A stretch of DNA of 64,000 nt from Hydrolagus affinis (taxonomy: Eukaryota), in NCBI GenBank assembly GCA_012026655.1, contig JAAILG010000007.1, positions 1-64,000 of the forward strand, written 5' to 3'. Each line of letters starts with the position of its first letter. Positions within the stretch are counted from its first letter, which is position 1. The translations under genes and the position numbers were made by a program. This document shows positions 53,002 to 64,000 of this stretch, one piece after another. The notes under the pieces were generated by a model. The model saw nothing but the letters and a program-made list of their open reading frames with translations, had not been told where the DNA came from and searched no databases.

Positions 53002-53414
53002 TGGAATGGTATCCAATTTAACGAAACTGACTAAGAGACACTGAAACATGCAGCGTTAACACAATGCACTTTCTACTCTGCTCATTGCAATGAAAATACA
53101 CTGGACACGCTGGCCTGTTTCGAGTCCGACTTACATGGAGGTTGGATCAAAGGTAGCTCACATTAAAAATCACTTCTGATGTTCATATTTTACAATTTAA
53201 ATTAATTCCTATGTATGAAAGATGGCATGAATGCAGTTCCTCTCCCACATCAAACAAAACAAGGCAAACTAAACAACATGCAATAAGCAGAGATTAACTT
53301 ATGTTTTTTTTCTTATTTTTACATTTTGCTCTTGTAAATCAAAAAATGTAATTAAATTTAGGAGTATCTCCCTATGTCTCCCTACGTACATGTTCTACTG
53401 GTGCAGCAATATAT

Positions 53415-53620
53415 CATAGAATGTTACAGCACAGAAGGAGGCCATTAGGCCCATCGAGTCTGTACCGACTCTTTGACCGAGCAAGTCACTTTCATTAACC
53501 CCAATCACCAGCTTTCTCCCCATAACCCTGCAAACCCGTCTTCCCCAGATACCTATCTAGTTCTCTGTTAAAAGCTGCTATCGAATCGGATCTCACTACC
53601 CTTTCAGGCAGATCATTCCT
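53415..53620 (-). mobile_element. CR1-type LINE 3' end
   Basis: CATAGAATG..ACAGCACAGAAGGAGGCCATTAGGCCCATCGAG is the reverse of the CR1 terminus. Confidence 0.8.
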
Positions 53621-56600
53621 ATGGGTTACCAGTGGTAACTTTATGGTCTATGGTGTCAGATGTCATCTGAAGGCAAGGCTCGATTGTTTAATTCTGTTAA
53701 CTCTGGTACAGCACATAACAAATAACAGTTCAGCTGACAACTACACCTGACATTTCTGTTGTAGCATTCCTGGATATCGTTTGTATAAAAATGCAGTTGG
53801 GTGCAGGGACAAAGAACAAAGAGAAAGCAAACTTTGCACAGCTTGACCTCTCAGCAAGAATTAATAGTGAGGTTATTCTCCTCAACGGAAGTGAATTGAG
53901 TTTCATCACACGGTGGTCATGCACACTGCTGATGCATCTGAGGAAACCACTTGCATACAGTGTTGACCCAATAGTGATAAAGTAATCTTTGCATTTGATA
54001 TAGCGCCTTATCACGTCTTCAAGACGTCTCAAAGTGCTTCACGGAATATACTATAAAGTGTAGTGACTGTGCAGTGAAATTAGATATTTTAGCAAAGTGG
54101 CCTCTCTTAAAAAAAGGTGGAAACAGAAGAATATTTTGCTATTAGAATAATGCAGGAATGTAGTAATGTGACAGGAAAATGCCTTGCAAACTCAAATTTA
54201 TGCAAACCTGGACAACCTAAATGAACGTGGATGTATTTGCTGCAAAAATATGTTCACTTTGATATTGATATTCCTTCAAAAGTCAATCCAAAGTAAATGT
54301 TTACAGGGGTGGAGTTCATGCGCCTGAGGTGAGAAGCAATAGACTATATTACTAGTCTCAACAAATATACACATTGAGTGTATTGACCGGTAAAAAATCC
54401 AGAGTTGATTTTCATTGTATTAATGTGTCTCCTACTGGTTCAGATATAAAATAAACTTGAGATTATTCATTGTGTTACTAAGAACTATTATTTTTTTCTC
54501 AGATGAGTCTTGTTTTTGTGTAACAATGTACAATGTAAGGTCTTTGTGTGGCTTTTGTGTCAACATAACAACTGGAAATTTATAAAAATGATGCACTAGT
54601 CATAATGATAGCTCCCTCACAACCTCACACTTACTCGCAGTATATTGCTCAGTTGGTTGTCCATTCTGCCAATCAAATATAATTGATGTTTTTTCTTTAA
54701 ATCATTGAGCAACAAAGCCAAGTTGCTAGGGTTCTTCAGTTGGGAGAGGACAACTCAGAGGAGACCACATAGAAGGGTAGAAAATGTTAAATGAGATTGC
54801 AAAAATAAACCCAGATGAATCATTTAGGTTGTTTCAGGACAATAGAATAAGAGGACAAAGGTTCAGAGTTTTAAAGGATGATTTTAGGACAGATACCAGG
54901 AAGATTTTCTTTAGGCAGAACGTAATCAATAATAATAATAACAGTCCTTGCATTTGATATAGAACTTTACACATCTTCTAGATGTCTCAAAGTACTTCAC
55001 AGAATATGCTGTAAAGTGAATTGATTGTATCTATATATATATATATATAGTATATATATATATATATATATTTGGACAAAACGTGGCAGCCAATTGCACA
55101 CAGCAGTGTCTCACAAACAGTTGTGGATTGAAGTGATCAATTTATTATTGGTTTTTTTTGAGGGATTATTTTTAGGCATGTGAAGAGTGCCAATTGACTG
55201 GACTCTTGACTCATTTAAAAGGCAGCTCGTTTGAGGGAAGGTTGGTTGGTGTTTGGGAGGTATGAAATGGGATGGGCTGAAGTAATTTCTTTATATCAAT
55301 CTTGTTATCAAACCATTTTCTGGTCTTTTGGTTGAGATTTCCTTCAGCTACAAAGGGCCAAACAATCTCTGCACTGCTTTTCTTGGTGAAAGATGGGTCC
55401 AGGGGGGTGAAGTGCTGTTCCAAATGCAACTGCTCTAATAATCATGGTCTTCTTCAGCCTCTAAAATCATGATACAGTCAGACATTTAATCAAAGCCGAG
55501 TCCAGCATTAAGCAGCAATAGCTCCAGCTCTATGCATACGTGAGCTACCTTACAATTGCTCACAAGTCCTAAAAACCACAACAGCTCAATCATGGTGATT
55601 TAATTCCTGATTTAATCTTGGATGGATATTCAGATGAGACACTGAAATTAATTTCAGGAACTCTGAAATACGGAAGAGATTAGGGCATTGGGGGTGGGAG
55701 AGACTAGAAATTAATACAACAAAAGAAGAACTTTTTTAAAAGAAGTTACAGAGATAAGGTATATTCCTAAGAAAAGGAGACTAGCAGAAGGCTGAGACAA
55801 TAGTAGATTAATTGAGGACATCGGTTGTAACAAAAAGGTGCAGAAGGATTTAAAGGACTCAGCGAATCAAAAAATAGTATGAGATAGAAGTCTTATTTAA
55901 GTCTTAATTATTTGAATAAGTATTAGAGAGGCTAAGAAGAAAATAGAAGGATTGGTGAAAGTAATAAGAGGAATAATTTTAAGCTGTGTAGAAAGTAAGG
56001 GAACTTTAAATGCCCGTCTACTTATGGGAGCAAATTTGTGGTGATCATCAACAAATTCCTCCCAAAGGCTCTCGTGAATGAAAGCTGTGTACAAGCTCTA
56101 GATCTAATCAACAAGGAGTCTTTGGACAGTCTGAATTCTCTGGTTCTATAGGCTGAACAGAAATCAATTCACTTCACTGGCATTTTAGAATTCTTTTAAT
56201 GTCCTCAACATGAGAGGGGCCTGAAATTCAATCAAAAGGTAACCCGGCAACTGGCCTAATAACATCCCTTCATTTATTCCACATAGTCAAAACACTACAG
56301 CTGGTATTAATGTCAAATAAATCCGCACAGATTCACGGGAGCATTTGCAAGTACTGTAGAAGGAAATTGTAAGCTTCACTTTAAAATAAAGAGCCCGACA
56401 TTCCTGTCATCTCAATTCCAGTGATCATCTAGACGTGCACAAATAGGGCTGATTGTTGAGAGATTGCATTAATAGATAATGTATTACTGTCGGTTTTCCA
56501 AACCTTAGAAAATGTTTTCAGTTACAAGGCTGTGAAAAAGGCCAATTTAGTTTAATAAGGTCTACATAAAAGGTATTAGAGTGAAACATAGTACACCAGA

Positions 56601-57995
56601 CACCTCTAATTGAATTATTAATGCTATTTCATGAGTGATTTATTGAAGGATATTAAGGTATCACTAAAGCAGTCAGAAATCTTTGCCCCTGTATGAGAAA
56701 TTAATACAGAACAGTCTTACAAAGACATAGCTACATTGGGCTGCATATTGGAGTGAAGAAGTCCCAAGTACATGGAAAGTACTCATTTTAGTACCAATTT
56801 GATTGCTATTATTTTTGTGCAGGTTTATAGTCAATTTAATTTTGCTACATTCATGAATCTCTGAGAACATTTCTTTGTGAAATGAATTAATGGAGGAGGT
56901 AATTGTATCATCAGGATTGTCGCTCTATTCACGTCAACAGTTACCAACAGCAGGCGCACACGCAAAGATGCCCTAGAGGATCACATTGCTCATTTCTCGT
57001 GAGCTCTGCAACCGGGCACCATATGGATGTATTAATAGTCAGAACTATATGCTGTTCCTATTTAGTTTTTGCTGCCTATTGCATATATTTTATGCGGCTT
57101 ATGCATGAAACTCGTAGTTATTTGGTAAAAAAATATCACTTATTGGGAAGTGACTTGCTGAAATTGTTCTGTTTGAAAACAAAGTCAATTCAAACACCGT
57201 AGAAGATTAAATGAATCACAAAATGATTGTGTAGAAGTGTATTGAATGGATCATGGTAATTAAAACACACTGCATCTCTGTCAAGGAAAAAAAAGAAACC
57301 AACAACTTTGCTGTTCGCCGAGTGTGTTTTCACCATCGATTTCCCTATATAGTCTTGAGATATGCGCAAAGCCTGGTATTTGGAGTTGAGGAACAAATCA
57401 GCCATGATCTAATAGAATGACAGAACAGACTCAAGGTATGAACAGCCTTCTTCTGTTCCTATATTCCTGTAGATAGAAGGCTTGAAAAATTAAAATTAAA
57501 ATCTAATTAAATAAATAAATCTAAATTAAAAAAATGCAGTTAAACAAACTCTCAGTTAGCTGCCAATAGTATTCAAATTCCTTCATACCAGAACCATCCC
57601 TGGAATTAGCATTTTAACTCTCTACCAGCACAATCCTTTCAGTACAAGATATAGGCTATTGATAAACAGTGGATTGTATTGTGGTAAGTGTATTGCTAAA
57701 TTGATCAAACTGGCAACTTTTTCCTCGGTTCTTCTTTATCTGAAACATTCCATTTTCTCTCCATTATAGCAAACCCATCTGTGAAAATGAATCAGGAGTA
57801 ATTTGCATGGCCTTGTTTATTACAGTGGATGATTCTCTGCACGCTCTCTGTCTTTCTAATAAAGCGTTTTATCCAAAAGAAGATCCTTGTTCAAGAAACT
57901 TTATTTCTAAAAATAACTCTCACTGCTAACCTCATTCCACCATAATTACCCACAAAATGTATTTTTTTAAAAAGAACAATGTCATTTATTTCTAG

Positions 57996-58150
57996 TACAA
58001 GACAAGGCGCCTGACTTTGAAAAGAGATTTGCTGATTGTGTTTTGATGCAAGGGGATGATCTGATACTCCAGTGTATTATATCAGGACAACCCAAGCCAA
58101 GTGTGATGTGGTTTAAAGATTCCACAGTGCTGTCACCCAGAGATTCCAAT
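57996..58150 (+). CDS. Extra Ig I-set domain, N-terminal half (downstream exon)
   Basis: tttctag phase-1 acceptor; (V)QDKAPDFEKRFADCVLMQGDDLILQCIISGQPKPSVMWFKDSTVLSPRDSN; AAT|GTGAGA donor. Confidence 0.88.
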
Positions 58151-58272
58151 GTGAGAATCACTTGCTTTTATTTTTTGCTCCATTTACACACTCGTTTCGT
58201 TAGATAATTCAGGTGTAATCTGTTTAGTCCAGCACCCATTATTGAACGAGTGCAATGTGTTGTTTTGTTCAG

Positions 58273-58402
58273 GTAACAAGTTCAGGTGAAACGCATGTAT
58301 TCAGGAAAAGAAACGTTGGCTCAGCTGATAGCGGCTTGTATCGTTGTATTGCCACAAACACAGAAGGTGAAGTGTGCTGCTCTGCTTCAGTAGTTGTTAC
58401 AG
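58273..58402 (+). CDS. Extra Ig I-set domain, C-terminal half (downstream exon)
   Basis: ttgttcag acceptor; VTSSGETHVFRKRNVGSADSGLYRCIATNTEGEVCCSASVVVT; CAG|GTAATT phase-1 donor. Confidence 0.88.
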
Positions 58403-59269
58403 GTAATTATGGAATGATTTAATACAATTTAAAAATGTTTGGATATTTCCTGCATTATGTACCACAGTGCTTATCATTAATCCAGTGATGATAACCAGAT
58501 GACAATTATGGATTCAAGATAAAATGCTAACATTCAGGTTTGCACAGAACTAGGAGGATGCTCATTTCTCAGTCAAAAGGGTTGAAGATCAGATTGCGAT
58601 TCAGTGACAGTCTCTGGTGACTGGAGCGCTAAAGGTCGAAGCTAATCGTATTATTTCCAAGTAATCGACTGACAAAAGTTCTCAATAAACTTACAACACA
58701 GAAATTCTTCAAGCCAAGCTGCTGAATGTGAATGTGCAGCAACTACATGAAGAAGCCTGGGGGAGAAAAAAAACTTCAGCTGAGAACATCAGCCATTATC
58801 AGCTCAAAAATAAACTGAATAATGCCACCTATTCCGGTTATGGTAATCATGGAATTAAATCAATTATAGCAGACAAGGGGGGCCTTTGCACTCTTCAAGA
58901 CTATCTCTTCAAGATTGTGTAAGGTTCATCGATTGGGAGCTATCTAAACTAATACAACAACAACATACACTTATATAGTGCCATCCGCAAGGGTAGCGTC
59001 TCAGAGCACTTAACAGTAATGGAGCCTGACTCCGAGTGGGTGGGGTAGGTGACCATAAGCATGGTCGAAAAGGAAGGTTTTCAGGAGGGATATGAAAAAG
59101 GGGAGAGAGGAGAAAAAGCGGCAGGATTGAGGTAGAGTGTTCCAGAGCTTTGGGGTGTAGTGGTTGGAAGCGCGACATCCAATTTTAAGCCCCCTCCCTG
59201 CTCTTTCTCTGCATTGTTATGTATTCTACATCTTCAAATCCTTATCCAATTCCCTTTTTCCACGATTAT

Positions 59270-59530
59270 TATCCCCACCCTCTGGAACTCCATCCCACAG
59301 TCCCTTTGCCTCGCTTCCTCCCTTGTCTGCTTCAAGGACGGTTTCAAGACCCTCCTCTTCGATCGTGCCTTCTGCTGCCCTCCCAACTCTATCCCTCCCC
59401 ATCTAACTCTCTCCCTCCCGTTCCCACTACCCTGTCCCTCCGCTTGCTTGGGTCCCGACCTGACTGTTCAGCGCCTTGGGACGTTGTTCTGACGTGAAAG
59501 GTGCTCTAGAAATATAATTTTGTTGTTGTA
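59270..59530 (+). mobile_element. L2 LINE 3' end, head-to-head with a minus-strand copy at about 58950-59180
   Basis: [17 protein letters not shown] coding remnant and GTTGTT tail. Confidence 0.82.
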
Positions 59531-60328
59531 TTATAAAGACAATCCCCCAAACATTCCAGAAAACAGAATCCAAATAGTGTATAATGAATACCTTAGAATT
59601 GGATTTGATTTCCGACTGATTGTTACATCTACACTAATCTCTCTTCCACATTCATGACATCAAAAAAACATTAATTAGATGAGTCTCCCAATGATTTGAC
59701 TGCCTCCCTATTGTTCTCTTGAGAAATGCAAGCAGAAAAGGTAGGCATTTTTCAAGTTGAAAAATGTAGGCGTGTATGAGTTTACACCGTTCAACCTTAT
59801 CGTTGATTTGCAAGTGCTAAGCAATGTTTATTTCATTGGTTTGTCACCCTTAATATCATATAGCATCATCAGTACAGACATATATTGTCATAGTTAATGC
59901 TTAGGTTTGTGTTAATATTTAAGTGGCAGTTTATGATGAATGATGCTGTAAAAATCCAATTTTCTCACAGAAAGCAGTAAAACAGTCTGCGAGCTTTCAT
60001 TATGGGTATAAAACACTTAACCTCTAATTCTATATTTTAAACCATTTACTTCAATCAAACTTCTCCTTGTTGAGGGCAAAGGGTATTTGACCTGTCATTT
60101 GAAATCATATCCTATAAGATAGGTTTGACACTAATATTTAATCATGTTTCCAACTAGACCATCAATGCAAAAACAACTACAGTATTATAATGACTATTTT
60201 GTCTAAATCCACAGAATTTAAAAAGATCCATATAAAACCAGTATAACGTGAAAAATGCCTAATTGATGAATTTATACGCAATTTGGGGAAACATTTCTAA
60301 TTCCACTTGATCTCAATTGCCATTTCAG

Positions 60329-60491
60329 AAAAAACTAAAGGACAACTATGCACTTTTATCAAGGACACTGCTGAAAAAGGTCGTAAAGATATGACAATGA
60401 CAGTGACAACTGAATCAGCTGCAAATCTGAAATGCCTTGCAGCAAGTTATATAAAAGGCCAAAGATCAGAGATTGGACAAGTTCAGTTGGG
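60329..60491 (+). CDS. Putative linker exon between the extra Ig domain and TTN
   Basis: catttcag phase-1 acceptor; open frame (E)KTKGQLCTF...IGQVQL(G); GG|GTAGGT phase-2 donor. Confidence 0.5.
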
Positions 60492-61899
60492 GTAGGTTAT
60501 TCAACGTCTATTTATGTGGCAGCTGATGCCTTTCAGTTTGTGTCACCATGGAACACATAGGACAATCCTTCAAAATGCACATAACCCTTTCATATCAGAT
60601 TAAATGCAAAGATACTATAATAAAGTGAAGCAACACTGCATTGGAGTGTCAGTCAAGACTGTGCGCTACCAACTGAGCCACGCTGATCCCTTTACAGTAT
60701 ATACATACGTTTCTCTCCTCTTTGACTATGCCTTCGGCCACGCTCCGACCCTGCAGGCACTCCACTCTCCCTGATCCCAATCTCCCCCCATTCGGGTCCA
60801 AATCCCTGACTGTCCAGTGCATTGTGACATCCTCCCGATGTGAAAGTTCTTATACAAATGTTATTTTGTATTGTGTGTGGGTGTATATATACATATATAT
60901 ATATATATGTATATACACAGTTCACTTTACAATATGTTTTGTGGAGCTCTTTGAGAGGTCTCAACATTGTGAAAAGTTGGAGGGATTAGGCAAGGGTTGT
61001 CAGTACATGTAGTTTGAAATTGAAAATCTGAAATGTGAGGCGTTGAAGTATTCATTGTGGAACTACAGAGCACCCTGATGGGTTTACCTACATAAAATTC
61101 CTCATCTTAATTTTGCCCGGTAAAATCATCAACATCTCAGCTTTCGATTTGGTGTTAATAGATTTCGATTTGTTAGCAGAATTGTATTTTTATTGTAATG
61201 CAATATATAGTAAAAATAAATTTCTAATTTGATTAAGATGTAGCTTGCAGAAGTATAATAATCAGTTTCTCATGAATAGTTTCTACTAATAAGTTGAAAG
61301 TAGTGTAGTTTTATATCTCATTATATTTTAACAACTTAACCTTCAAATCAACCAAAGCAATTGGCCCCTCATTACGTTTCAGTCCACTTTTACAATGAGA
61401 TAGAATTACACATCATTCTATCTTATGCCCCTTTGAATATGTTGAGCGTCTTTGACTACTTACAAATACAAAAAGAAACAATTGTGGAATCCCCCACAAA
61501 AAATATTTCCGTAGTTTGGAGTTTGTCTATATTTGGAAACATTTGAATTAGATTTGCTCTTTTGTAAATAGAAGAGTTTTGCGTTTGGTTTGGTGATTGG
61601 CACATACAGTTGCTGGTGTCCATGTGTCAGAGGAGCAAAATGGTCTTGAAATTGATTGACAGCGACAGACAGGACTTGTGCATTCAAATGCGCCCTGTTG
61701 CTAAGGGCTTCATTCTTTCCTTATCAGTTTTGGTGATAACAAGAATACAGTAAGAATACAGTAAGAACCGACCAAGGAAAGGGTCTCAGATACATAGTCT
61801 GTTGTTACTTGAACTGAACTTAGTCATCGTGAGCAAGATGGTGGAATAGAACTAACCCTCAGAACTTAATGCGACAAAATTAGCACTGTCTGCATAAAA

Positions 61900-62053
61900 G
61901 TGAAGTGACTGACAGCTGTTGGGTTCCATATAACGGATCGCTTTCCCATGAAGCCTTGACGGAGTACCCAATCAGAGGTCTTGGGGTAATCATGCTGCAT
62001 AATTATCAGTAGAGCTGTGGTATAAAAGGTAAAACGACCATGTTAGCAATTCT
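61900..62053 (+). promoter_or_regulatory. TTN: TTN core promoter
   Basis: TATAAAA at 62021-62027, about 30 nt before the conserved exon-1 start; E-box CAGCTG at 61913; near-CArG CCATATAACG at 61926. Confidence 0.75.
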
Positions 62054-62270
62054 GAGCGGTTCAGGCACTCCCAGCCTTGCCTCGGGTGTAGGGATTGCAT
62101 AGGAAAATTAAAACTACACCCAGACCACAGCCTGCGTGTAGTTTTGTTTCCTTTTAGTAAGAGGTATACCCATTCTCTCGGTGGATTGTTGAAAAATATC
62201 TGGATAAGGAGGCAGTTTCCAAACCTATATTCCATAGGGCTTGGCCCATTTACTTAGGCACTCTTGAAAG
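62054..62270 (+). other. TTN: Titin non-coding exon 1 (5'UTR)
   Basis: Blocks CCCAGCCTTGCCTCGGGTGTAGGGATTGCATAG, AAAACTACAC..GTGTAGTTTTG and TTAGGCACTCTTGA match the human TTN 5'UTR as I recall it; AAG|GTCAGT donor; synteny with CCDC141. The start site is approximate. Confidence 0.85.
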
Positions 62271-62449
62271 GTCAGTAAATTTCTGTTTCTTACAAAGTGG
62301 CGTTTTGTTCCTCTTGATGCTTTGTTTAATTGAAGTTTTTTTTTAAGACAAGTTTTTAAGTTGTATCATATTCCCTCAAGTATAAGTGCCTCAGGAGCGG
62401 GAAAAGTGAATTTGAAATATACATTTTTAAACTTTGATCACTTAATTCA

Positions 62450-62900
62450 CACGTTAGTCGGTCTTTTGTGTATGAAATTCATCGTTGGACAACGATCAGT
62501 GTTGAAATATTTGGAAACAAACTCTGTTTGGGAAAATAGCTAGAAAATAGCTGTTTAATTAAATGAGGGAAGCCTAAAAGACGACTGTAACTTTTAAAGT
62601 TTTCAAGGTTAGGCTATGGATGGATGAATTGAGGACTGCTAAAAATAGTGCTGATGATATGCATGTGGCATCAGCCAGGCAGTGATGACTTTTTAAGGGA
62701 ATCAGTGCATGAGCTATTATTTGTACCACTAGCTATGTGGCACTTGTCCTCTGTCAATCATTGACATTTGGCTAAATTTAAACCTCAGCTCTTCAACCCC
62801 AAACCAGCTGATCATCGCTTATACAGACACCATGGTTCAGATTTAGAAAATGTTGCAAGCTCACTTACACTCCAATAAAGAACTACAAGTGGTGCAACAT
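62450..62900. promoter_or_regulatory. Candidate TTN intron-1 muscle enhancer
   Basis: MEF2 sites CTAAAAATAG (62639) and CTAAATTTAA (62772), NKX-type CACTTAA (62459), E-boxes CATGTG (62662) and CAGCTG (62805). Confidence 0.55.
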
Positions 62901-63649
62901 AAAGTTGTTTATCAAAGTTACTGGATTGTTGGCATTGCATATATATGTATATATATTGGTATTTCATTAAACGTAATATTTGCTATATCCTTTTTTTTAA
63001 TTGTGCAATTTAATTTAAATAAATGATTTATTTCTGATTTGATTTGAAAAATATTTTTCTGTTTCTTTCCTGAAAATACATTGATCAGAAAAATATCAAG
63101 CACTTATTAACACCTTTGCCTGCATTTGGACAACAAATATGATCTGTGATCATAGCAGGGCCAATCTGAAGTCATAATAATAATCATTGCATTGGATATA
63201 GAACCTTATCATGTTATTGAGACAGGTCAAAGCGCCTCACAGGATATGCTGTAAAGTTGTGTAACTGTGTGTATTTTGTAGGCAAAGTAGAAATGTTACG
63301 TATCACAAGTTTGTTTTATCTCTTTCTTTTTATAACGTCCAAAGCTTTTCAGTATCAACTGTTTTAATAGAACTTTGTCACAAACAGCTCGAATTACGTC
63401 CCACAAGTATCTATGGGGTTTATCCACACGCTAATGACTCACACCACAACTCCATCTCACATTACATAGCTCTGCTATAAGATAAAGAATAAAAGAAGAA
63501 CATAACACATGGAAATATCAAGATTAAATCTTCTTCAATATGAGGGCGAACTGCACACAATTTTAATGTTTCCTCACTAGAAACAGCTCAAAGGGGAAGA
63601 ACTATTTTAAATCATTGCCGCTAGTCAGCCAAATGCTGTGATTTATGTT

Positions 63650-63990
63650 GCTCGCATATTTACCCAGACCAGACTGTTTACCCCCATCTCACCAGTTTTG
63701 CCCGGGCTCCACTGGCTCCCCATCATCGAACAAATCGTCTAAGATCCTCACACTCGTGTTCAAATACATTCACTACATGGCACCTCCCTACCTCTATGAC
63801 CTCCTCACTCCCCAATCCACCACCCGGTGCCTCCGCTCAACTGGGACCGGTCTCCTACTTGTCCCTCGCACATTGCACTCCACCAATGGAGGTCGTGCTT
63901 TCAGCCACTACGCCCCCCAAACTGTGGAACACTCTCCCTCAATCCCACCGCCTTGCCTTCTCTCTCGCCTTTTTCAAACCTAAGTTTTCA
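63650..63990 (+). mobile_element. L2 LINE ORF2 C-terminal fragment in TTN intron 1
   Basis: KILTLVFKYIHYMAPPYLYDLL...GGRAFSHYAP. Confidence 0.88.
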
Positions 63991-64000
63991 AACACGCTTA

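Noticed and set aside
56903-57202. 99-aa ORF with a hydrophobic stretch and a nearby caacag acceptor at 56940
   Set aside because: The long frame needs a phase-2 entry. The phase-1 frame stops after about 20 codons and its GTGAGC donor does not fit the next exon. No homology.
60446-60530. TATATAAAAG with E-boxes as a candidate TTN promoter
   Set aside because: The conserved exon 1 and a correctly spaced TATA box are at 62021-62270; this motif lies inside the putative linker exon.
62271-64000. TTN first coding exon (MTTQAP-like)
   Set aside because: No such sequence is present; coding titin starts beyond the window.

Overview
This is vertebrate genomic DNA, and its SINE, L2 and CR1 repeats point to a cartilaginous fish, plausibly a chimaera such as Callorhinchus (inference). 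The window holds a complete plus-strand CCDC141 (CAMDI) gene, which I assembled by hand into 25 coding exons (6602-51820, about 1746 aa): a spectrin-like coiled coil, an S/T/P-rich region, an Ig I-set domain and a hydrophobic tail. It ends with the titin (TTN) promoter, non-coding exon 1 (about 62054-62270) and the start of intron 1. The most notable signal lies in the supposedly intergenic 10 kb between the two genes. It contains phase-compatible unannotated exons: a second transmembrane terminal exon, a complete extra titin-type Ig domain split over two exons, and a linker exon whose phase would read in frame into titin exon 2. Together these suggest alternative CCDC141 C-termini that include a CCDC141-TTN fusion. 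Other features are two GC-AG introns, conserved hairpins in the TTN 5'UTR, a Helitron-like insertion, many SINE/LINE fragments and a 100-N assembly gap. Comparisons with human sequences are from memory and were not run as searches. Repeat boundaries are approximate.
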